A stretch of DNA of 64,000 nucleotides from Eledone cirrhosa (lineage: Eukaryota), in contig OZ024742.1 in NCBI GenBank assembly GCA_964016885.1, positions 275,032,001 through 275,096,000 on the forward strand, read 5' to 3'. Shown piece after piece: positions 51,747-64,000 of this stretch. Below the pieces are notes generated by a model. It made no database searches. It saw only the letters and a program-made list of their open reading frames with translations, and was not told where the DNA came from. Each line of letters starts with the position of its first letter. Position 1 is the stretch's first letter. The translations under genes were made by a program, and so were the position numbers.

Positions 51747-52765
51747 TAAAGAGATCTGAAGGTGGAAGAGGTCTTATCAGCATCGAGGACTGTGTTCAGA
51801 TGGAGAAAAACAACCTGCACAAATACGTGACTGACAGTAAGGAGCCAATGCTCAAAATTGTACGGAAGGAGAAGACAATTGACGAGGGGATGTCCAAGGA
51901 GGAAATAACAACAAGGAGGAAGAGCAACCTTCATGAAAAATCCCTTCATATTAACTTCTTTAAGAAAACTGAATTTAGAGATCCACAGACATGGAACTGG
52001 TCAAAAAGAGGAGACCTTAAAAATGCTACAGAAGGAATGTTAATGGTTGCGCAAGAGCAGGCCCTCAGAACGAAGTGGGTGAAACACCATATTTACAAGG
52101 AGGAGGCTAGCCCACTGTGTAGGATCTGTGGAGAGAGAGAGGAGACTGTGGCTCACATTGTATCCGAGTGTAAACACCTAGCCAAGACTCACTATAAAGG
52201 CTGGAGACATGATGTGATGGGCAGGGTGATCCACTGGCACCTATGCAAAGTAAACAATTTACCACATTCTGAGAAGTGGTATGAGCATAAGCCAGAGTCG
52301 GTGATAGAAAACGATCAGGTGAAGGTGCTATGGGATTTTAGGATACAGACGGACAAGAAATTAGAACACAATAGGCCTGACCTGGTGGTTTTGGACAAGG
52401 AAAAAAGATCGTGCCTGATTGTAAATGTAGCCTGCCCATTTGACACGAGAGTGCAAGAAAAGGAGAGTGAGAAAATTAACCAATACCAGAACTTAAAGTG
52501 GAAGGTAAAAAGGATTTGGAACCTTCATGAAGTCAAGATCGTCCCGATTGTCATAAGCGCACTAGGTACTATCTCAAAGAGTTTCGAAGGATGGTTAAAT
52601 AAAATTAGTCCAGCCCCGCTTTTTGGAACACTTCTAAAGGCATGCCTGCTGGGAACAGCAAGAAACCTCCGATACGTCCTGAATATCTGAGGCTGCATGT
52701 AGCGGCTTGATATTCATTTCAAGAAACTTTCCAGTTAAATAACATCAATAACTGAGACTCAAAGA
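51747..52765 (+). mobile_element. 5'-truncated R4/Dong-like LINE in (TAA)n; C-terminal ~314 aa still open
   Basis: KRSEGGRGLISIEDC; AQEQALRT; CRICGEREETVAHIVSEC; WRHD; HNRPDLVVLD...VNVACPFD...EKINQY (RLE). (AAT)n on both flanks. Confidence 0.93.
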
Positions 52766-52780
52766 ATAATAATAATAATA

Positions 52781-55700
52781 TTGGTTTCTTTATTGACCAC
52801 ACGGGCTAACACGAAGAAAAACATTAGAGACGGCACAGAACGGTACATGGCGATACAAAGTGGGTTTTGATCGTGCAAACAGATTATAACAAAATCGGGC
52901 TAGAAATCAAAAAAGTTGAAACAACAATTCCCCAAAAAGGGGGAAACCTCCGACGGTCACTCGTGGCGAAAACAAGACAAAAAAGACAACGGCCACCCTG
53001 AACACCAAGGCAATCACCCTCTCTCAGTTTTCACACTACAGACGCATACTCAGAGCGGGCCCGTTCACTCGGACCAGTCTCGCCACTTTCACCCACCTTT
53101 CAACAAACTTACTAGAAGAGAGCACTTGCTTCTCCACTCTGATTTTCCTCTTCGTGTGAAACTTGAAAATGTTAATCAGGGATTGGGTGGAGAGGAAAGT
53201 GTCCGTCTTCAACATTTTCAACCTTGTCCACCACACAATCTCTTTCGCCATGGCCACCAGGCAGATGAAAACTGCCAGCCCTTCCTCCTCTTTAAAGAAG
53301 GATGGCGGGGGTATCTGCACAATGGAATCAGTCGATAACCGGATTCGTCCTACACGTGACAGCAGCTGTTCGACATAGCTCCACAAGTCAGCAATCCTCG
53401 GGTTTTGAACGAGTGCGTGTAGGACAGTTTCGTCGCCCTGCGCGTATCTCGGACAGGCTCAGCAGACAGCACGTCCGTGCATGTAGAGCTTATCCCGAAC
53501 CGGCAAAGCTCCCCGGTAGCACTGCCAGGCCAGAGATTTCTGGAAGTTGTCCATAGGCCCCGGGCTGAAAGTTATCTTGAAGAGAGAGAACAGCTGATCG
53601 TCTTCGATGCCCAGGGTCTCGCTGACAACGTCGTCGCTCTTTCCCTCCACTAACCCTCTATAGAACGCGAGGGGGATGTTGCACCGATACTAGTGCCCAG
53701 CTGGTAGAGGGCGCTGAACACTTGGAGACATTCCAGCTTCCAAGCACTATCCCTCGGTCTTTTCCTGATCCAGGACTGCAGCTCCGTCAATGAGACAAGC
53801 TGGGGAAAAGCGCGTCTGGCAAACGGCGACCACACGTGTTCACCGTCAAGGAAGCACCAGAGATGTCGCAGCCTCAGCGCATGTTTACGCATCATCAGCC
53901 ATGGCATGCCTAGTCATCCAGGTAACTGGTGTTGACAGCAAATGGATCGTATGACCATGGGAGCACGTCCCTTTCACACAAATCGGAAGAGAAGGCGCTC
54001 CATTTTGGTCAGAGTCGGGTGGGGCAAGGTACGACTGTCAGGCTGTAGCAGATGACGGATGCAATGTACTCATTCGCCACCTCCACCCTTTCAGAGACAG
54101 CCAGCCTCCTCTCGGCCCATTTCTGGATGCGAGAGGCCACCCTGCTCGTCACCTCCTTCCAGGTTTTCTCCATCTGGAGGACCGGACCGAAGCAGACCCC
54201 GAGCAATTTAACTGGTTCTTTCGTCCAGGGCCCCACGACGCTGTCGGACGGCATGGACTTGCCTCTCCAGGTGCCGAGTTGCAAGCCCACCGACCTTTCC
54301 TGTTTTATCTTTGCCCCTGTCACCATATTCCTTGAGAGCGGTGCCGAGCATCTGGACGTGTTTGGTGCGCGACACCACCACGGTGACGTCGTCAGCGTAA
54401 GCTGACACGGATATCCCACATCCCAGTTCGCGTGGGACCCCCTTCATCGTCTCCAATTTGTACAGTAACGGCTCTAGGGCCAGTACGTACAAGAGGGACA
54501 AGAGGGGGCAACCCTGGCGTACCGAGCCCATGATGCTGAAAGGCTGCGACAGGTGACCATTCACCCTCACAATCGAGCATATATCGCTGTGCATCGCAGC
54601 GATCCAGCCCCTGAAAACCAGCGCGAAGCGGCCGCCTCGAGGACCGCAGCCAGGTACCGATGGTCGACCCTATCAAATGCTCTAGATTGATCCAAGTTGA
54701 TCAGGGCCCCACGCGTGCCAGGTTCCTTAACCACCTTCTCTATGATGTATCGCATGAAATGGAGGTCGTCGTGAATGGATCTGTCCGGAATGGCACATAC
54801 CTTGGCCTCTCCCACCAGATCACCGACGACAAGTGCCAATCTGTTTGCCTAGCAGTGTTATGGGCCTGAAGTTGTCTATAACGTCCCCCTTTTTCGGGTA
54901 TTTTCTCAGCAGCGCCACCGCTCCCCGGCTCACAAATCTGGGAATGTTCCCGTTTTGCTGCCAGTTGGAGTAGAGGTCGCCGAAGAGGTCGCCGAACAAG
55001 TCTGGCATATACGCATAAAGCTCGTAAGGCGGACCATCCAAACCTGGCGATTTACCCCTCGTGCTGTCAGACATCGCGCCTCGTACTTCACCAGCTTTTA
55101 ACGGCTTTTCGCAGAACTGCGCTGCGGTTGGCAAGAGCCGCGGCCGTCCGTCGAGGTATACACCGAAACCCATACTCCGGTCCGGCCCACCGCCGCTCCC
55201 GAACAGATCGGTGCGAAAGCTCGTGCTTCGGAGATTCTGGTCTCGCTGATGGCCACCACATCTATGTTTAGTGACCTGCGGTCGTTGAGCATGTAACCCA
55301 GCTTCCAAGATGACCCCATGCCATGAACATGTATACTGACTATTCTAAATATGGCCATATTGAATGAGAAACGGGGTAAGTGAGAAAGGATCACCTACCC
55401 TGATCGTGTGGTGAAGGGACAGTAGAACCCTACATTTGGTTGGTCATGGCTGTTTCCAAGAGGATGTCGGTGTAAATCCTCTTGGTAACCGACCCTTTGA
55501 AGTCTCCAAATGCGTTGGGGAATTTTTCTTTTAAAAGTTTCTAATGTTCTATTTTGATATCAATAATGCTTATGTTTTTTGGGTAGAGTTCTTGGTGTTG
55601 GTGGGGTGTAGTAATTTTTTTCTGTGATGTCTGTGTGCTGCTGTATATGTTGTAAGAGTTCTTTGTTTGCCATGTTTATGGCTGTGTACTTTTTGGGGAG

Positions 55701-57520
55701 CGGGGCTGATTTTGTTGCTGGTTTCTTGTTGTTGCTGTTGGGTGTGTTTTGTTTTGTTTGCGATGTTGGTGTTTTTGGTGATGTTGGCGGTGTGGTTGTT
55801 GTTGGTGGTGATGCTTTTGGTGGTGTTGGTGGTTGTGTTGCTGCAAGTTTCTTTGAGGCCTTTACCCCCCCCCCCCCCATTTGTTCGCCTTCGCTTCTGG
55901 AGGTTTTTTTCTTTTTTCTTTTTTTGTGGCAGACCGTTTGCCACTTCCCTCCTCATACTCCATATCGGATTCCGTGGTGTCTGGGACGGGTATGAGTTCC
56001 ACTGCTGTTGGTGATAGTAGTGGAGCCCGCTCCGGCGTTTTTGCCGCCAGTATAGCTACTGCGACTCTTGGTGTTGCTGCCGCTGTTTTAGTTGTCCGTG
56101 GGCTTGGTATGGTGCCATGGGTGTTGCCCTCCTACTCACCAATGAAGGGTCTTCTGCCTCTGTTGCCTGCCCTGCTTTTGGTAGCAGCGGATCAGGCGTC
56201 GGAATGATGGGAGCCCTCTTCTTGGCTGTCATCTGCGGACAGAAGGCCCTGAAGTGACCCTTCTGCCCACAGAGATAGCACTTTGGGCCGGAGTCCTTCT
56301 TCGATGTCTATGATATCTGGGATGGCCTCGATGCACTCCTGGTCAGTCTGTATTAGCATTTGCATGCCTATTCCTGACCAGTTCTCTCTTCCCATTCTCT
56401 GTATTTGCAGTATGGTTGTCATCTCCTCGATTCCAGCCAGTACAGACGCGGCCAGCCAAGGTATGGGCACGTCGGGCGGGACCTGGGTCACTTTGACCCT
56501 CACAATTTTCTGCCCGCAGTAGGAGGTCACCAAGACTATCTCCTCACTCTTTAGTGTTTCTAAATTGTGAGACTACGCCTCTTGGGGGTGGCGAAATGTA
56601 CGTCTACTGTGGCGTACTTTTTGATTCGGGTCATGTGGGGTTTGCGCAACCAGACGCACCCCAATGCCTTTTAGACTTGAGGCTCCATGGCTCTCTCCAC
56701 CCGATGTGACATTTTGCTTACGGTGCGGTAAGTCACTGTTTGCAGCTGCTGGTCTTTGAAGAAATCGGTTGGAGGTTTCAGGGAAACTCTATTCTCATTT
56801 AATATCACCATGTCTCTTGCGACTGCCATCTCTTCCTCCGTGACTAGCACTGTCTCTATATTTCGGGCTATACCTGCGAAAGAAGTGGCTCCTTTTTCAG
56901 CGGCACAATTATTGCTGCCGCTACTTCTGCTACTGGTCTTGTTGTTGGTGCTGTTGCTGCTGCTACTGCTACAAACGGTGTTGTAGTGGGTTGTGTTTTT
57001 TGTGCCACCGTTGTTGTTGTTTTCGGTGTAATTTGTATAGTTGCTGTTGGTGTTGTCGTTTATTTTCTTGTTAGTGATGTTAATATCGTTGTTGCATTTG
57101 CTCTCATTTTTTTCTGTTGTCTGTATTTTGGTTGTCACTGTTATTGTTGTAGTCGTGGTTATTTTTTTAAATTTAGTGTTCTCCGCGTTGTTGTCTTTGT
57201 TCACGTTGTTTGTGGAGGTGTTTGTTGTAATAATTTCTGTAACCCTCCTCTCAACTTTTACGCCTTTGTCACACGACAGTAGACATATTGCTGGAGGGCG
57301 TGGCTCAGCCATGTTGTTTTTTTTTATTTTTTTTAAATAAATGTTCAAATATTGTTCAAATATTTGGGCCAAAAGGCCCAAATATTATACTTTCCCCTTC
57401 ACAGGGCAAAGTTCAAGGGCTTATATCCCTTACACATAAATAACAATTAAACAAAAAATAATTATAACAGGTAAATAAAGCAACTTACTGGGAGCGAGCA
57501 AAAAGACGTCCGAACAGATC
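52781..57520 (-). mobile_element. L1/Tx1-clade LINE with both ends, internally deleted in APE
   Basis: 5'UTR gggccttttggcccaaat; ORF1 MAEPRPP...; ORF2 start IDVVAISETR fused near 55205 to the pre-RT linker; NFRPITLL, DQSRAFDRVDH, SVRQGCP, AYADDV; 3' end gtggtcaataaagaaa. (ATT)n on both flanks in element orientation. Confidence 0.92.
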
Positions 57521-57530
57521 AATAATAATA

Positions 57531-57630
57531 ATTGTTTCTACTTTTGGCACAAGACCAGCAATTACCCAGTAAAATACTGGTACTTTATTTTATCGACCCC
57601 GTAAGGATGAAAGGCAAAGTTAACCCCGGC
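57531..57630 (-). mobile_element. 5'-truncated SINE family 1
   Basis: Core and tail of family 1 with an (ATT)n tail. Confidence 0.88.
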
Positions 57631-57900
57631 ATAATAACTGAATAGTTAAGTTTCCATCCTCCATCTAACTCTACAGTGTCAGTGCCACGGAACTTTGTAC
57701 AGGAAACCCATACTATATCTAGCAGGTCGCATCTACCATCCTCTACTACATCCTGCTCCTTATCTGTAAGGGTTGTGATATCCAGGTTCCAGCTGTTACG
57801 GTTTTTCCCTTGCTCTTTCGGGTCTCGGATACGCAACCATTTTGCGTCCATTCAAAGCCTCCCAAGACAGGTCGTAGGCCCATCGCCAGTTTTTGCGGCG
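57631..57900 (-). mobile_element. RTE-clade LINE endonuclease N-terminal fragment
   Basis: (GTW)DITTLTDKEQDVV...LDIVWVSCTKFRGTDTVELDGGWKLNYS resembles the start of an RTE APE. Confidence 0.7.
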
Positions 57901-58335
57901 GCATGAATTTGAAACTGTAATATAGTTTTTGACGGGCCCCTATATCTAAAGCCTGGATGCGCTCCGTGTTATCCAGCACGAAGGACGATGCGGTATTGTT
58001 TTTCTTTCTTTTCCTCACCCTATTGCAGTTGCAGTTGTCTTATTCACATTCACACCAGTCACCAATTTGGTACTTTCTCAAAACTGCGAATTTAGATGCC
58101 GCATTAACTCACTTTGTCGTATTGTCGTAGCTATGTTCCTGGGTCGTGAGAGTTTTCTTGTGAGCCGCAGGTGCCGCCCATCGCACCATCTTCTCTAGTA
58201 TCTTATAACTCTTGGTCCGGGATTGTTTATTTGTCCGGCTTTTGCCCGTTTATACCGCGACTAGCCATCACTCTGGTTGCCGAACCGCTATCTGTCACCT
58301 GCGACCCGTTCTCAGGAAGAACAGCTCGGCCGAGA

Positions 58336-58418
<83 letters not shown>

Positions 58419-58423
<5 letters not shown>

Positions 58424-58595
58424 ACAGTATATAGAGATAAATACACAAAGAAGTATATATCCAATTGTACAGGATAGAATACCAGCAGACTGAAAACATA
58501 TCGTCTACTAAATATGTTTTTCACTCTGGTGGTATTCTAGACCTATAATTGAACACATACCTCTTTTGTGTATTTTTCTCTATATACTGTCTTAT
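58419..58595. repeat. fold-back unit (~80-bp diverged arms) next to (TA)n
   Basis: ataagacagtatatagaga...tgaaaacata tcgtctactaaa tatgtttttca...tctctatatactgtcttat. Related to 31585-31675. Confidence 0.88.
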
Positions 58596-58787
58596 AAAAA
58601 GCCCGGATTCCGTCCTTGAGCTCATAAAATTATAGCGGATTAACTTGAGTCTTTAACTCGGTTTTTTAATTTGATATATATATGTGTGTGTGTTTTGTGT
58701 TTGTGTGTGTGTGTGTATGTGTGTGCTATTATGCACGTTAGTATAATCGATGCTGGTTGAAGTACTCGATGTTGTTACGATGGAAAT

Positions 58788-58879
58788 TTGCATATCTGAA
58801 GAGGTGCCGAATAAGCGTCGGTATCCGATCACCTGATCAAACCCGAGCTTAATAATGTAGAAACAGTTGTAATATGCAA
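58788..58879 (+). ncRNA. type I hammerhead with enlarged (57-nt) stem II region
   Basis: TTGCATAT-CTGAAGA-[ggtgccga ataagcg tcggtatc; gatca cc tgatc; ...]-GAAAC AGTT GTA-ATATGCAA, overlapping AATAAA. Confidence 0.65.
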
Positions 58880-58934
58880 TAAAGTTTCATAACAAGCTGC
58901 AAATCGGATTTCCACTTGTCACTTTATACATGTG

Positions 58935-58982
<48 letters not shown>

Positions 58983-59511
58983 AATATCGCAATGCCATTG
59001 ATAAAAAGTCTGCTCAAATTTGATATGAAACTAAAACAACAATACCGTGTATAACTTCTACTCTGTTTATATTTTATTTGTGTCATGGGTGCAACAGTAT
59101 TATTCTATATAATCCATTATCAATGTATTCAACTACTTTCGTATACATGCCTGTTATTCCGGTTGAAACAAAGGTTGAAATATAAGACGCTTCATAGAAA
59201 TCGTGATGTACCAATCTTGTCAAAGTTTCTAATTATATTTATAATAAGAAATAATGTTTTTGTTGTTAATCTTCTATTTGTTGAATATGTCTAGCTGCAG
59301 ATCACGCTCCGCTGTTTGAATTTTATAGAACATGTTTTTTGTTATGTGTATATGAGTGTATATATGTGTATTTGCATATAAATATATGTAAGTGTGTATA
59401 TGTGCGTTCCCTCCTACCAAAGTCGAGAATATGAAAACAATACTCATTATACGTATGATTCCATTGAAAGGTGGATGGCTTCTAGCTTCAAGGGTAATTC
59501 TACATACAGAC

Positions 59512-59589
<78 letters not shown>

Positions 59590-60461
59590 AGCGTCTGTTC
59601 ATATGTGTGTGTGTTATGTGTGGGTGCGCGCGTATGAATGCATATATACATTTCTATGTATGAATACTAGTCTTAAAGTGGCTCTAAAAGTGGGTTGCTT
59701 GAAACAAAGCAAAACAACATTAATGCTTGTAATATGAGCGAAAGAACACAGCATGGGTTTTTTGGAAGATAAAGGAGAAGGGCATTGATATAAAAATCTG
59801 TTGTGCAGCGTCAAATTTTACGGCCTTTTGTTCACCCAAAATATCATTACTTTGTTTTGTTTTTGCCAATAGAGAGTAGAATGTATAAACGATGTCAGGT
59901 TTTATTGGATCTACAAGCAGCTGTATATGTGAAGGTGACTGCTACACTGGAACACATGAAGTTTCTAGAAAAGGTGAATTGAGCGTTGTCTGTTTAGTTA
60001 GCTTGGCACGACTGCTATACATCTTTGTTGCGTTCGCAAAACAAAGGAAAATACTAGCGTTCTTGCTGGAACAATGATATTTGTTTTTAAATCGACGCAC
60101 ACTACTGCACATCATAGGTAGACGTGGTCATTAAAAGCATACAGCACTTATTGCGGGTGCAACGAGCCAATAATATGTAGATATAGCTACTCTCAAAGAG
60201 ACATGACTGGTATATGAATGGTGGTAGTCATGCACTTGTCGAAAAGGCAAACCAGATGAAGCATGTCTGGAAACCTGTAATTTATTTTTGAAACTAAGCA
60301 CATGCAAACGTCAGACTGCGAGTGCTTGTGTAAAAGTATTGCGCCTAGATATGTTCTTTTTTGCGTAGTGTTCGCACGAACACATATAAATACTGTATGA
60401 ATATAAGTACACACACACACATAGATACACACTAATATCCACATGCATGCACATACATACT

Positions 60462-60507
<46 letters not shown>

Positions 60508-60633
60508 TACGGTAAACATTGATGCAATTCAATTCAAGCACTCGACGCATTTTTTTCTACATAGGAATAAGAGTATATTTAGAATGAGAAAATGCTAAGT
60601 AGTTTCAGATGTTAAAGTCTTTTATTGATAATT

Positions 60634-60706
60634 CTGTGATATATATTTCAATGACGACAGTGGCCAGACGATTCCGTGTACCCAGTGTCGTGACATCATC
60701 AGACAG
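60634..60706 (-). ncRNA. type I hammerhead ribozyme with long stem II
   Basis: CTGT-CTGATGA-tgtc ACGACA c TGG...CCA c TGTCGT catt-GAAA-TATATA-TC-ACAG, with AATAAA shortly downstream. Confidence 0.75.
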
Positions 60707-60810
60707 CTTCTTATATAATAAGGTTACGTTCCCAAGGCAATCCAAACAGAAAGGACAAGGGTACTGACATATACATATATATATATATATTATATACACA
60801 CACAGACACC

Positions 60811-63660
<2,850 letters not shown>

Positions 63661-63669
63661 GAATCATTT

Positions 63670-64000
63670 TCCTACACAAACACAACAAATATATATATTC
63701 TCTCCATCTTAACATGCTAACCATGCTCCCCCCCCCCCCCACACACACAACACCCATACACACGCACACGCAACTCCCTCCCCATTTCTACTAATAGAAT
63801 TATCTTCCTACACACACATACACCAGCACACAAATAAACATACATACCTCTACTTTCTTTATTTCAATAGAAAATCTGAATTTTGACACCCCAGCACACC
63901 AGCCATATTCACTGAACCAGAACAATTCTCCCCATCCCGTTTTTCTTGACCATTATCTTTTGTTTGGCACAAAATTCTCTAAAAGGCTACAAAAGAAATT
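63670..64000 (+). repeat. inverted copy of the PLE 3' tail (pseudo-LTR) at the element 5' end; runs off the window
   Basis: ccagcacaccagccatattcactgaaccagaacaatt...cccatcccgtttttcttgacc is the reverse complement of ~61503-61562; homology spans ~61455-61750. Confidence 0.9.

Noticed and set aside
59860-60120. CCAAT/TATA-like motifs and a 61-aa ORF in apparently unique sequence
   Set aside because: No recognisable protein similarity or exon structure; such short motifs are expected by chance in AT-rich DNA.

Overview
AT-rich eukaryotic (metazoan) DNA made almost entirely of repeats. The abundant (TA)n/(CA)n microsatellites and the tRNA-SINE types suggest an octopus/cephalopod genome, which is inference only. 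I found no convincing host gene. The window holds decayed Penelope-like elements (PLEs; RT/GIY-YIG), five L1/Tx1-clade LINE copies, three R4/Dong-like restriction-endonuclease LINEs, an RTE fragment, a near-complete hAT transposon plus a Buster-type hAT fragment, a non-autonomous Helitron and several tRNA-derived SINEs. The most striking signal is invisible in the ORF track: about ten well-formed or variant type I hammerhead ribozyme (HHR) motifs plus several degenerate ones, from many unrelated sequence families. They follow the pattern stem I-CUGANGA-stem II-GAAA-palindromic stem III-UH-stem I, are usually followed within about 12 nt by AATAAA, and lie near (TA)n tracts. Several sit in short non-coding fold-back (inverted-repeat) units that place a ribozyme on both strands. 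One family carries a compensatory U3-A8 core pair and others carry C4. All structures were folded by eye, and element boundaries are approximate unless exact motifs are quoted.
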